Source: Cyanobacteria bacterium P01_D01_bin.156
GTDB lineage: Bacteria; Cyanobacteriota; Cyanobacteriia; Phormidesmidales; Phormidesmidaceae
Assembly: GCA_039024555.1 (NCBI GenBank)
Contig: JBCCQQ010000059.1
Span: 1-40,036, forward strand
Length of the DNA: 40,036 nucleotides
Direction: 5' to 3'
Shown here: positions 1 through 9,749 of the stretch, piece after piece
Layout: each line of letters begins with the position of its first letter
Position numbering within the stretch: position 1 is the stretch's first letter
The notes under the pieces: model-generated
What the model saw: the letters and a program-made list of their open reading frames with translations, nothing else
Database searches by the model: none
What the model was told of the DNA's origin: nothing
Program-made: the position numbers and the translations under genes

Positions 1-112
1 CAACTCTTCGATAGCGGCAGTTTTAGGGGCTGATGAAGTCTCCGAACTCATAACGATAAGCGACAGGCGATGCGCCGATAGATATAGATTCTCAGATCAT
101 ACCGATCTACCC

Positions 113-313
113 TCAAGAATCAAGACGGATGGCTATATATTTCTTGCCGAGTTCACCAGTTTTTATCCAGGGAATATCACCTTTAAAGTAATCCTCTCTT
201 TTCCTAGAAGGTGTACCACCTGAACCCCATAAAGCAACTTCATCAAGCTGTGTCATTAGCCAACTTTTTGGATGAACTGATGATTTACCATTTTCTTCTG
301 TCACATTAGACAA
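113..313 (-). pseudogene. hsdS: Truncated type I restriction-modification specificity subunit (HsdS N-terminal fragment)
   Basis: P-x-x-W...L-x-E-V...GSGGTPSRKREDYFKGDIPWIKTGEL is a typical HsdS N-terminal motif. The ORF stops after 66 aa (HsdS is normally ~400 aa), and I see no HsdS-like continuation in the other frames. Confidence 0.8.
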
Positions 314-316
314 GCT

Positions 317-709
317 TCAATACCAATCCTCAACTAACAATCCTTCTACCCTAGAAAACTCCTTCACATTGTGTGTAATAAGTGTTGCATCCTGAGCTAT
401 CGCCATCCCAGCGATCAAAGTATCGATAGGCCCAATCGGTTGCCCCATACTTTCTAACCGTGCCCGAACTTGACCAGCCGCTTTAGCTGCTTTTTGATCA
501 AACGGAATGATTGTAGATTTGCTAGAGAGGATCTGGAGCGCTTTTCGTCGAGATTGGGAATTTTTAGACTTCTCTAAACCAACGTACAGCTCATACAAAA
601 CAACCGTTGGCAAAGCGATTTCTTTTGGATCAATAGTCCTTATCTTTGCCTTGACCTGCCCCATTTCCTTAAAGAAATAGATCACAGTATTTGTATCCAG
701 GACATACAT
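317..709 (-). CDS. vapC: PIN-domain VapC toxin (type II TA)
   Basis: MYVLDTN start, conserved E, 'IGPIDTLIAGMA', 'LITHNVKEFSRV..L.VEDW' PIN signature. Confidence 0.92.
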   Translation of the reverse strand: MYVLDTNTVIYFFKEMGQVKAKIRTIDPKEIALPTVVLYELYVGLEKSKNSQSRRKALQILSSKSTIIPFDQKAAKAAGQVRARLESMGQPIGPIDTLIAGMAIAQDATLITHNVKEFSRVEGLLVEDWY

Positions 710-960
710 TAAAATTCTTCCCGCACAACATCTTGTCCCATATTTTGTCTAAGCTCCTCAGCCATAGGAAAGTCAGTCCACGTTCCAGCATACTCATCTA
801 CAAAGGCCTGCCAATCTGACATCCTAGTAGTCGTCTCTTCTGAACTATCTTGCTGAGATTCTTGCCAATACAGGAAGTTGGCAAAGTCTAGAATCATTTG
901 TAATTTCGTGACTGATAGTCGCTTCAACTTGTCAACAATATTCTCAATCAAAGCTTCCAT
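709..960 (-). CDS. Putative antitoxin partner of VapC (DUF2281-like)
   Basis: 83-aa acidic ORF whose stop overlaps the vapC start; 'ILDFANFL' resembles DUF2281-type proteins. Confidence 0.6.
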   Translation of the reverse strand: MEALIENIVDKLKRLSVTKLQMILDFANFLYWQESQQDSSEETTTRMSDWQAFVDEYAGTWTDFPMAEELRQNMGQDVVREEF

Positions 961-1022
961 ATATCGCTCTCCCCGTTACTACGCTACCGCCGTTTCAAAC
1001 GGCTTAACCACGCTGAAACACC

Positions 1023-1622
1023 CTACTTAATCACCTGATCCACCCCTAACCGCAACGCCTCAAAACTAGGCGACACCACCGCATTCCCCTGCCGAAACAA
1101 CCGCGTCTCATATACCCCCTCCACCAGTTCACACACCGTCACCGTCGGCTGCTTTGGCGTGCCAATACACCGCCGTCCCCCCAACCCCAAATAATCCACA
1201 ATCCAATACTCTGCAATGCCCATCGCCTCATAGTCCTCAAATTTTCGGGCATAATCATCGGGCCAGTTGGTCGAAACCACTTCTACCACCAGCTTCACCG
1301 AACTACCCAAGGTAATCACCGATTCCCGTTCCCACAATGGCTCTTTCGACAGTTCCGCCGGATCAATCAACATCAGATCCGGCTTATAGCCACTCTCGAA
1401 CCCAAGGGGCTGAATCATGGCCGTATTGGGAATAAAATAGGGCAGATCCATTTGATCTAACAACACATTGAGCTTACGATTCAACACACCCACCACCTGT
1501 TCATGGGGACCCGTCGGCTGCATTTCAACAATCACCCCATCATGTAGTTCATAGCGTCCGGTCTCTGGCTTCCAATCCAGAAACTCCTGAAACGAAATTA
1601 ATTTAGGCAGTGCTTGAATCAT
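1023..1622 (-). CDS. Uma2-family PD-(D/E)xK endonuclease-like protein
   Basis: RYELHDGVIVEM..P...HE, KPDL, LVVEVVSTNWPDDY..K..DYE..GIAEYWIVD. Confidence 0.92.
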   Translation of the reverse strand: MIQALPKLISFQEFLDWKPETGRYELHDGVIVEMQPTGPHEQVVGVLNRKLNVLLDQMDLPYFIPNTAMIQPLGFESGYKPDLMLIDPAELSKEPLWERESVITLGSSVKLVVEVVSTNWPDDYARKFEDYEAMGIAEYWIVDYLGLGGRRCIGTPKQPTVTVCELVEGVYETRLFRQGNAVVSPSFEALRLGVDQVIK

Positions 1623-1840
1623 AAACTCTCTTTTATATTGATGAGTAACTCTAACGACTCATTGGCCATCAACCGCTTAGAAAAGAACAAAATCTCTAAA
1701 TTTTCTACCGCTCCAGACTCAGGATTTAATCGAGCAACTATTTCATCCCCAATCTCTTCAGACTCCTGCTCTGCATAGGGAGTACATTGATCGATATACA
1801 AAATATCGCCTACTTTGTCGTAGCGAAGTTTCATACCCAT
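1619..1840 (-). CDS. DUF2283-family small protein
   Basis: 'LRYDKVGDILYI...SEEIGDEIVARLNPESGAVENLEIL' pattern; overlaps both the hsdR stop and the Uma2 start. Confidence 0.7.
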   Translation of the reverse strand: MGMKLRYDKVGDILYIDQCTPYAEQESEEIGDEIVARLNPESGAVENLEILFFSKRLMANESLELLINIKESL

Positions 1841-4599
1841 CAGGCAACCAACGCCTTGTTCAGCTCTTCTAAGATCCTATCCATTTCATCACCAAATAGC
1901 TCATACATCTGCGCCAAACCACCCTGCCCATCAAAGGGCGCATACTCCAAATCATCCACCTCAATATGAAACGAGCTAATAATATGGTCCTTGATCATCC
2001 GTAGCCAATCCATCTGAGCCTCGCTAAACTTCGGTGCCGCCCCCGCCTGCTTCTGAAACACCCACCGCTGAAAGTTCCGATTTACCACACTTTCATACGT
2101 CGTCAGCGCCGCATCTAAGTTCGTCACCCGCCGAATCAACGCCACCAGCGCCGTCAGTTCATTCAGCGGACTGCGCACCTTTGTTTCTTCAAGCTGCTGA
2201 TAGGCTTGCCATACTGCTAAAGGAGCCACATTCGGCTTTTGCGCTTTCAACTGTTCTAATACCTCCCGCATCATCGTCAGCGTCACCGTCCGCTGCTGGT
2301 AGGGCAGATTATAAAAAATTCTCAGCGCTTCAATCTCATCTTTATTATTTTCAATGAATTCAGCAAAACCCTGCACCAGGTCTGCGGCGCGATCGCGGGC
2401 CTGTTCATCCCAGCCAATGTTGATCACCTGGTCCACATTCACCGTATCGATTACCTGTTCATGCACCTTCCGCACATTTTCCAGGTAGTCGATCACCTCA
2501 CCCGTAAACGCACTGGCTGCTTCCCGGATCAGCTCCTGCTGGGCGGCTGCCTGCATCTGCGAGTCCAATACCTCATCACTCAGCTCCAGCCCCGCACGGG
2601 CTCTGGCCTCAATCTCATCCGGGTTATAGGCATAGAGCAGGCTCCTAGCCATATCGCCTGCGCCTAGTCCTCCCGTCAGGCTTTGCAGCTGGGTTTTCTC
2701 CTCAGCCGTCATCTGCTTATCAATGCGGCTCAGACGACTCGCTAAGGATAAAAACGCATCCTCATCCTGCGCCCCCATCATTACTCCCATCATCAGGTCC
2801 TTAATGGGTACCGTACGCTTCCGCTCTAGGGGGCGACTGTCCGTTTTCTTAGATTTAGCAGCCCCCACCGCATCCACAATGATGAAATGGGTCTTGGCCG
2901 ACTTGGCCGAGGGAGACACCTTTTTCAGAGCGTCAAAGTCCAGGGTGCGGGTACCCCGTCCTTTCATCTGCTCAAAATAGTTCTTGGACTTCACATCCCG
3001 CATGAAAACCAGACACTCAATGGGCTTCACATCAGTGCCCGTGGCGATCATATCCACCGTGACCGCAATGCGGGGAGAATAGCTATTTCTAAAATCCGCC
3101 AGTACCGATTTGGGATTATCTTCGGACTTGTAGGTAACCTTTTTACAAAAGTCGTTGGCCTCGTTAAACTCCTCCCGCACCATCTGGATGATGTCATCGG
3201 CATGGCTGTCGCTTTTAGCAAAGATTAGGGTTTTGGGCACCTCTTCTCGACCGGGAAAAATCTCCGGCAGCTTATCCCTAAAGGCCCGTACCACATTACG
3301 GATCTGGCTGGGGTTCACCACATCCCGATCTAACTGCTTGCCTGTGTAAGATAGGTCCTCATCCGTCTGCTGTCGTCGCTTACGGCGAGTGAGCTTTTCT
3401 CGCTTGTCTATCCATTCCTTAGCCACAATGCGGCTACCGTTTTTCGTAATTTCCGTCTCAATGGTGTAAACCTGATGGTCCACATTCACCCCATCGGTGA
3501 TGGCCTGTTCATAGGTGTACTCGCTGACCACGTTTTCATTAAAGAATCCAAAGGTGCGCTTGTCCGGCGTTGCCGTTAACCCAATCAGAAAGGCATCAAA
3601 GTATTCCAGCACTTGCTTCCAAAGGTTGTAAATGGAGCGGTGACACTCATCGATGATGATGACGTCAAAAAACTCAATGGGCAGTGTGGAGTTGTAGACC
3701 ACGGGCATTGGTGCTTTGGGCTGCACCAGCTCGTTGGGATTCGTTTCCTCAGCCTTTTCGTCTAGGTCTTCGCCCTTAAGAATGGAGTACAGCCGCTGAA
3801 TGGTGGAAATGTACACCTGGTTATCCGGATTGATGCCACGGGAAGTCAACCGCTGCACGTTATACAGCTCGTTAAACTTACGGTTATCATCATTTGGGGT
3901 ATAAGCCTGAAACTCCTGCTCTGCCTGCTCTCCCAGGTTTCTCGTATCGACTAGAAATAAGACCCGCTCAGCTTTGGCATGTTTGAGCAGTCGATAAATG
4001 GATGTGACCGCTGTAAAGGTTTTACCGCTGCCGGTAGCCATCTGCACCAGGGCACGGGGTCGGTTTTGTTTAAAGGACTGCTCCAGGTTCGTAATGGCCC
4101 CAATCTGACAACGTCTCAACCCTGTAGGGTCTAACTCTGGCAAGTCTAGCAGCCTTTCCCTGAGCGGTTTATCCTGCTGTATCCATTCTTGAAAGGTTTC
4201 AGGCTGAGCAAAAGAAAATACGGGTCGCGATCGCGGTTTTGGATCACGTCGGTCGGTAAAGCGTGTGAGCACACCAGTGCTTTCATAGACAAACGGCAGA
4301 GGCTCATTATTTAAGTACTTAAGCTTGCTGTCGGCATAGTCCCCAGACTGCTCCTCAACTACCGTTAGCCGTACGCCTTCCTCCTCTCGCTTGGCTTCGA
4401 TAATGCCAACCGGCTTGCGGTCTACAAACAGCACATAGTCAGCCGGACCCGCCTCCGTTTGATATTCGCGAATGGCCACCCCCAGCCCTGCATTCAGGTT
4501 GATTTTGCTTTTATGCTGCACAAGCCAACCGGCATCGATGAGTAGCGTGTCGATGCGATCTCTAGCTTTCTGCTCAGGAGTTTGATTTTCCGATGCCAT
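1840..4599 (-). CDS. hsdR: Type I restriction enzyme R subunit (EcoEI/EcoAI-like)
   Basis: Nuclease motif ADYVLF..IIEAK, Walker A MATGSGKT, DECH box, LTATP, motif VI EQMKGRGTR, EcoEI-type C-terminal domain. Confidence 0.93.
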   Translation of the reverse strand: MASENQTPEQKARDRIDTLLIDAGWLVQHKSKINLNAGLGVAIREYQTEAGPADYVLFVDRKPVGIIEAKREEEGVRLTVVEEQSGDYADSKLKYLNNEPLPFVYESTGVLTRFTDRRDPKPRSRPVFSFAQPETFQEWIQQDKPLRERLLDLPELDPTGLRRCQIGAITNLEQSFKQNRPRALVQMATGSGKTFTAVTSIYRLLKHAKAERVLFLVDTRNLGEQAEQEFQAYTPNDDNRKFNELYNVQRLTSRGINPDNQVYISTIQRLYSILKGEDLDEKAEETNPNELVQPKAPMPVVYNSTLPIEFFDVIIIDECHRSIYNLWKQVLEYFDAFLIGLTATPDKRTFGFFNENVVSEYTYEQAITDGVNVDHQVYTIETEITKNGSRIVAKEWIDKREKLTRRKRRQQTDEDLSYTGKQLDRDVVNPSQIRNVVRAFRDKLPEIFPGREEVPKTLIFAKSDSHADDIIQMVREEFNEANDFCKKVTYKSEDNPKSVLADFRNSYSPRIAVTVDMIATGTDVKPIECLVFMRDVKSKNYFEQMKGRGTRTLDFDALKKVSPSAKSAKTHFIIVDAVGAAKSKKTDSRPLERKRTVPIKDLMMGVMMGAQDEDAFLSLASRLSRIDKQMTAEEKTQLQSLTGGLGAGDMARSLLYAYNPDEIEARARAGLELSDEVLDSQMQAAAQQELIREAASAFTGEVIDYLENVRKVHEQVIDTVNVDQVINIGWDEQARDRAADLVQGFAEFIENNKDEIEALRIFYNLPYQQRTVTLTMMREVLEQLKAQKPNVAPLAVWQAYQQLEETKVRSPLNELTALVALIRRVTNLDAALTTYESVVNRNFQRWVFQKQAGAAPKFSEAQMDWLRMIKDHIISSFHIEVDDLEYAPFDGQGGLAQMYELFGDEMDRILEELNKALVA

Positions 4600-4987
4600 C
4601 GCTTCAAGGTCTTATGGAGAAATGCATAACTGTTAGGTTATCCAGTCATCCGTCACATAGTGACCATTTCCCGCGCAAATTCCAACTGAATTTGATTATT
4701 CCCCAAAGTTATTAAAAAAATTGCCCAAAACAGCTTACCCAGATTATCTTGAACAAACAATGAGCTTTTTCGATATTTGCAAGCAAAGATTGTATTTTGT
4801 TCTCTGCCTTAAAATAAATAGCTCCCAGTACTACACCTCTGAATTCAAGATTTCTAAATCTCATACAACTGTCAATTAGGAATGCTTTTTTACCATTGCT
4901 GATTGAGAGTATGAAACGAGCGGTATAGTTGCTCAATTGCCTAGTCCAAACAGATAAAATCATCTGAGAATCAGTAATACCTTTATT

Positions 4988-5608
4988 CTAAAAGGGTTTA
5001 GCGGTTGCTTGGTCAGGCTGAAATTCATATCGAGAAGAGGGTTGAGTATCTCCGTAAAGTTGGAATGTCAGTGTGGAAGTGTTCTCAACCGGACTAACCT
5101 GATGAATTGTTTGAGGCATAAAGCTAACAATTTCGCCGGGACCAAATATTTTCTCACCAACAAGTTCTATTTTGAAAGACTTTTGCTCTCCATCGACTCG
5201 TCGCCAGAAGGTATGTCGTTCTTTTCCTTTAAGAATAGCGACCACTCCCCAAGTGCCATGGTTGTGAATAGGAGATACCATACCTGGTTTTGCAATCACA
5301 TTTTGGACAGTTAGGGGATAACCAATCTCATCATAGAGTGTCAAAACAGAACTATCTTTAGTCTGATCTACAGTGGGCAGCTGAGTTTGCAACCAATAGG
5401 AGTTTGTAACCAACTGCCGAACTTGCATACGAATTTGGGGTAAAAAGTTCCACTCTTCTAGTTCGTTAGGTGCCTGGTCAAGTAAGTCGATAATCTCTGT
5501 CAAGAACCGATGGAAGTAATAACGATCGCGAATTAGATCCCAGGTTTTAGCCGCAGGACGGGGCTGACATTGCCCTGTCTCTGTTACGAGCCAGTCAGAA
5601 ATCTCCAT
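4988..5608 (-). CDS. Cupin protein, cysteine/thiol dioxygenase-like
   Basis: SPIHNHGTWGVV..LKGKE...IHQV three-His cupin motif; likely start is the ATG at 5608 (MEISDW), just downstream of modBC. Confidence 0.78.
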   Translation of the reverse strand: MEISDWLVTETGQCQPRPAAKTWDLIRDRYYFHRFLTEIIDLLDQAPNELEEWNFLPQIRMQVRQLVTNSYWLQTQLPTVDQTKDSSVLTLYDEIGYPLTVQNVIAKPGMVSPIHNHGTWGVVAILKGKERHTFWRRVDGEQKSFKIELVGEKIFGPGEIVSFMPQTIHQVSPVENTSTLTFQLYGDTQPSSRYEFQPDQATAKPF

Positions 5609-5637
5609 GGTTACTATCCTCAAAGCATTGACGGTTG

Positions 5638-7536
5638 CTAATTCCCCTCTAATAAGATTAATCGCAGGGGATCTAAATACACTGTCCAAGGCAGTGGCTG
5701 GTCTTTTAGGGCAGACCATTTATCTTTGACTACTTCTGCCTGTAAATGGTAATCCCGATCGTTATTGGGTGGGCGGTGAAGTTTTAGGTATAAAGTCATC
5801 CGGTGAGGAGTTTCGCTGGTGTTGGCCAGCCAGCAGTGGAATGTGTTTGTGGGGAGTTCAGATGAGGGTGCAGCCTGTTGCTGTCCGGCTAACTCCAGAT
5901 GGTGGGCGCGGATGCCAACTTGAGTAAGATTAGGCGGTAGGGGTTCGACGGTATCGAGAATGCATTGCCAGTGACGGGCTTCAACTTGACGAGTACCTTG
6001 GGAAGCGGCAGTTGAAAGATTTTTGCAACCGGTGAGTTGAGCCACGCTGACGTTACGGGGTTGTTCAAAGATATGGTGTTTAGGACCATAGGCCACGGTT
6101 GTACCATCATTTAAAACCATGAGCTGATGGCAGACTCGATAAGCTTCTTCTAGGTTATGGGTGACCAGTAACGTAATGCCCTGGTAGGTTTTTAGTCGAT
6201 CGATTAGCTGATGTTCAATCTGGTCCCGTAGATGAGCATCAAGGGCGGAAAAGGGTTCATCCAACAGAAGGACTTCCGGCTGACTGGCAAGGGCGCGTGC
6301 TAGGGCGACCCGCTGCTGTTGACCACCGGATAATTCACGGGGATAGCGTTCGGCTAATTCTTCAAGATGCACTGCCGCCAGCTGCTGGGTAACAATGACC
6401 TGAATCTGGTCTGTTGATAGTTTGTTATGTAGGCCAAAGGCGACATTTTGTGCAATGGTTAAGTGGGGAAACAGGGCATAGTTTTGGAAGAGAATGCCAA
6501 TCTTGCGATCGCAAATAGGAATATTAATGCCAGTCTCTGAATCAAACAACACCCGGTCATTGAGCACGATGCGACCCGCATCAGGGATTTCAATTCCGGC
6601 TAGGCATCGTAAAATTAAACTCTTTCCGGCCCCAGAGGCTCCTAATAAGCCTAACGGCTGGTTGTCGGTAGAAAATGAGACATCTAAGGTGAAATCAGGT
6701 AAGTGTTTTGTGAGTTTGACATAGAGACTGGGAGAAGATGATTCATTAGGTGAGGAAATAAAAGGGATAGAGCCGACTGAAGGGTCATCCGCTGTAATAG
6801 GCTCTATTTCTCCGGTCTCCTCATTTACCGCTGACTTTTTATTATCTAAGCCCCATTTTTTCTCTTTTCTCTTTACTGGTTTAATCTGTTTGGGTTGCCA
6901 TCGATTCACAAGCATCAGCCCCCCCAATGCAACCGTTAAAATGACCCCGGTCCAGATGGCGGCTTCCTGAAAATCTCCCCCTTCAACAGCAAAATAAATA
7001 GCCATTGGTAAGGTTTGGGTGCGTCCTGGAATGTTGCCTGCCAACATCAGTGTGGCACCAAACTCACCTAAGGCTCTAGCAAATGCGAGGGTGGCCCCTG
7101 CAATCAAACCAGGCAGTGCCAGGGGAAGGGTAATTCGCCAGAATACGATGAGTTCCGATGCTCCCAGAGTGCGGGCGGCTTGTTGTAGATTATTGTCAAT
7201 TTGCTCAAAAGCGCCCAGGGTTGTTTTGTACATCAAAGGCAGAGCGACAACCGTTGCTGTTATGACGGCGGCATACCAGGTGAAGACAATGCTAAACCCG
7301 GTGAAGGAGAATATAAAGCCTAGGGGGCCATTTTTTCCTAGCAGTAACAGCAATAAAAAACCCAACACCGTTGGCGGTAGCACCATGGGCGCAAGTAAAA
7401 TGCTATCTAATAGAGCCCGTCCCCGCCCCCGATAGTGGTGCATAAAATGGGCCGCAGCAACACCTACAAAAAATGTGACAACAGTGGCAATTGTCGCAAT
7501 GCGTAGGGAAATCCAAAGGGGAGAAAGATCAAGCAT
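5638..7536 (-). CDS. modBC: Fused molybdate ABC transporter permease/ATPase
   Basis: N-terminal ModB (LPPTVLGF, ARTLGA, FARALGEFGATLM); C-terminal ATPase (GASGAGKS, LSGGQQQRVALARAL, LLLDEPFSALD). Confidence 0.93.
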   Translation of the reverse strand: MLDLSPLWISLRIATIATVVTFFVGVAAAHFMHHYRGRGRALLDSILLAPMVLPPTVLGFLLLLLLGKNGPLGFIFSFTGFSIVFTWYAAVITATVVALPLMYKTTLGAFEQIDNNLQQAARTLGASELIVFWRITLPLALPGLIAGATLAFARALGEFGATLMLAGNIPGRTQTLPMAIYFAVEGGDFQEAAIWTGVILTVALGGLMLVNRWQPKQIKPVKRKEKKWGLDNKKSAVNEETGEIEPITADDPSVGSIPFISSPNESSSPSLYVKLTKHLPDFTLDVSFSTDNQPLGLLGASGAGKSLILRCLAGIEIPDAGRIVLNDRVLFDSETGINIPICDRKIGILFQNYALFPHLTIAQNVAFGLHNKLSTDQIQVIVTQQLAAVHLEELAERYPRELSGGQQQRVALARALASQPEVLLLDEPFSALDAHLRDQIEHQLIDRLKTYQGITLLVTHNLEEAYRVCHQLMVLNDGTTVAYGPKHHIFEQPRNVSVAQLTGCKNLSTAASQGTRQVEARHWQCILDTVEPLPPNLTQVGIRAHHLELAGQQQAAPSSELPTNTFHCWLANTSETPHRMTLYLKLHRPPNNDRDYHLQAEVVKDKWSALKDQPLPWTVYLDPLRLILLEGN

Positions 7537-7584
7537 GGGGCACCAGAAAATACAGGATGAAGAGGACCTTTTAGTTCAGCCTAT

Positions 7585-8391
7585 CTAGAAAGAACTAAAG
7601 CCATATTCTGTAAAAATTGCTTGGGCAGAATCTGTTGCTAGAAAGTCAATAAAGGTTTGGGTTGCTTCAGGGTAAGGGCTATTTTTTACCACGGCAACGG
7701 GATATACAATGGGCTGATGGAATTCCTCAGGAATAGTGGCTAATACCTTAACCTTAGTAGAAAGAAGGGCATCGGAAGCATATACAATGCCGAGTTCGAC
7801 GTTGCCACTTTCTACCGCTGAGAGAACACTGCGAACATTGTTCCCAAAGATGAATTTGGAGTTGAAGGTATCCGATAATCCTAGGTTTTGAAAAACTTGC
7901 TCCGCATATTGTCCAGCCGGGACACTGCGGAACTCGCCAACGGCAACGGTGTCGACAGCAACATCTTTAAGCTGAGTGATGTCGGTAATTGCTAGAGGGG
8001 ACTCTAGGGGAGCAATGAGTACTAAGTTATTGGCGACAGGATCTTGACGAGAATCAGTTAAGATCAGCTCCTTTGCTAACAGTGCCTCCATTTGTTGGGT
8101 GGCTGCAGAAAAGAAAGCATCCGAGGGGGCACCCTGTTCAATTTGTCGCTGCAGTGCGCCTGACGAAGCAAAATTGTAGTCTACGGTGATATTGGGGTGG
8201 GCCTTGGTAAACTTGGGTGAAATGACTTCCAAGGCATTCTGTAAACTAGCGGCAGCGGATATCGTAATGGTTACAGTGTTGTTCCGGGGGGTAGTCGGTA
8301 TTGACGATGGTCCTCCAGAAGTACAGCCAACAGCCATTAACCAGGAAACGATGCTAGCTAAAACCAGGGTGAAATATTTACGGCGCTGCAT
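7585..8391 (-). CDS. modA: Molybdate ABC transporter substrate-binding lipoprotein
   Basis: Lipobox-like AVGC, SAAASL, FASSGALQRQIEQGAP, SVPAGQYA, GIVYASDA. Confidence 0.94.
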   Translation of the reverse strand: MQRRKYFTLVLASIVSWLMAVGCTSGGPSSIPTTPRNNTVTITISAAASLQNALEVISPKFTKAHPNITVDYNFASSGALQRQIEQGAPSDAFFSAATQQMEALLAKELILTDSRQDPVANNLVLIAPLESPLAITDITQLKDVAVDTVAVGEFRSVPAGQYAEQVFQNLGLSDTFNSKFIFGNNVRSVLSAVESGNVELGIVYASDALLSTKVKVLATIPEEFHQPIVYPVAVVKNSPYPEATQTFIDFLATDSAQAIFTEYGFSSF

Positions 8392-8403
8392 GGTGAATAA
8401 AGG

Positions 8404-8673
8404 TTATGTATTAGGCTGGGGATAGAGACCCAACTGATGGGCCAGTTCTCGGGCAATGAAGACCAGAAATTTAGCGGCGTCAGGGTTATCCTGATGGGCA
8501 AAATAGCTAGCAGTTTGCATCAGGGTTTGAATAAAACCGGCATCCAGTAGGTCTGGTTCGGTATTTAGAATCTCAGGTTCTTCTCCATTGGGGCAGGCTA
8601 GTAATCGATCGATCAGCCCAAAGTAAAGGGCTTGGCGAGGGTCGGTGGCGGTATTATTTGGGGAAGCTTCCAT
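8404..8673 (-). CDS. Hypothetical protein
   Basis: Compact ORF between cysK and modA, co-oriented; contains 'LIDRLLACPNGEEPEIL'; likely start at ATG 8673. Confidence 0.7.
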   Translation of the reverse strand: MEASPNNTATDPRQALYFGLIDRLLACPNGEEPEILNTEPDLLDAGFIQTLMQTASYFAHQDNPDAAKFLVFIARELAHQLGLYPQPNT

Positions 8674-8689
8674 GATTTTTCTGTTTGAA

Positions 8690-9694
8690 TTATGCAACAG
8701 GACTAGGAACTTTATAGTGCGCTGAGAGACTGTCAGGAACCAAAGCTGAATAGGCAGGTTCTAGGTCTTTGAATAACACGGTACTCAGATAGCGTTCGCC
8801 AAAGCTGGGTTGAATAATCACAATTAGTCTGTCAGCATTTTCTGGACGTTTACCCACTTGAATAGCGGCGGCTAAAGCGGCTCCAGCAGAAATACCGGAG
8901 AGTAATCCTTCTTCTCTGGCTAAACGGCGGCTGTAGGTAATGGCATCATCGTCGTTAACGATAACAACTTCGTCGATTAAGTCAACGCGTAACACGGGAG
9001 GAATAAAACCAGCCCCAATACCTTGGATTTTGTGGGGACCCGCACTCCCACCAGAGAGAACCGGGCTATTGGTGGGTTCTACGGCAATCGCACGAAAACT
9101 CTCTTTTTTGAGTTTTAATGTCTGAGCGATGCCAGTGATGGTGCCCCCAGTGCCCACACCAGCGATGACCATATCCACCTGACCATCGGTGTCGTGCCAA
9201 ATTTCTTCTGCGGTTGTTTCTCGATGGATTTGGGGATTGGCTGGATTTTCAAACTGCTGGGGCATAAAGGCATTGGGGAGCTGGGCTGTGATCTCCCGAG
9301 CTTTTGCGATCGCGCCATTCATGCCCTGATTTCCGGGTGTTAAAACCAGTTCTGCTCCGTAGGCATTGAGCATGGCCCGACGCTCCAGGCTCATGGTTTC
9401 TGGCATGGTCAGAATTAATCGATAGCCCTTAGCGGCAGCAACCATAGCGAGGGCAATCCCCGTGTTGCCAGAGGTGGGTTCCACTAAAATAGTCCGGCTG
9501 GGGGCAATTGCCCCAGCCTCCTCTGCCGCATGAATCATGTTGGCCCCAATCCGGTCTTTGACTGAAGCGGCTGGGTTCATACCCTCTAGCTTGAGTAAAA
9601 TCTGTGCCCCACAGCCCTCTGCTTGAGGAATCCGATTGAGCTGCACGAGCGGTGTTTGACCGATGAGCTGAGTAACATCTTTTGCAACTTTCAT
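8690..9694 (-). CDS. cysK: Cysteine synthase A (O-acetylserine sulfhydrylase)
   Basis: [16 protein letters not shown] (PLP lysine), [31 protein letters not shown]; start ATG 9694 after AGGAG. Confidence 0.95.
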   Translation of the reverse strand: MKVAKDVTQLIGQTPLVQLNRIPQAEGCGAQILLKLEGMNPAASVKDRIGANMIHAAEEAGAIAPSRTILVEPTSGNTGIALAMVAAAKGYRLILTMPETMSLERRAMLNAYGAELVLTPGNQGMNGAIAKAREITAQLPNAFMPQQFENPANPQIHRETTAEEIWHDTDGQVDMVIAGVGTGGTITGIAQTLKLKKESFRAIAVEPTNSPVLSGGSAGPHKIQGIGAGFIPPVLRVDLIDEVVIVNDDDAITYSRRLAREEGLLSGISAGAALAAAIQVGKRPENADRLIVIIQPSFGERYLSTVLFKDLEPAYSALVPDSLSAHYKVPSPVA

Positions 9695-9749
9695 AATCGT
9701 TCTCCTGTCAGCTGATGCTTTGCTGGTGTATGGATCTACTTCAAAACGC

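Noticed and set aside
1..51. Start of a minus-strand ORF (MSSETSSAPKTAAIEEL...)
   Set aside because: Only 17 codons are visible, too few to identify.
1787..3349. Plus-strand ORFs overlapping hsdR (and similar antisense ORFs across the nif genes)
   Set aside because: Shadow frames of well-supported genes with no recognisable motifs.
4712..4963. 83-aa ORF in the AT-rich spacer
   Set aside because: No motif or clear RBS; probably a chance ORF.
5638..7536. ModB-ModC fusion as a novelty
   Set aside because: Fused modBC is common in cyanobacteria.
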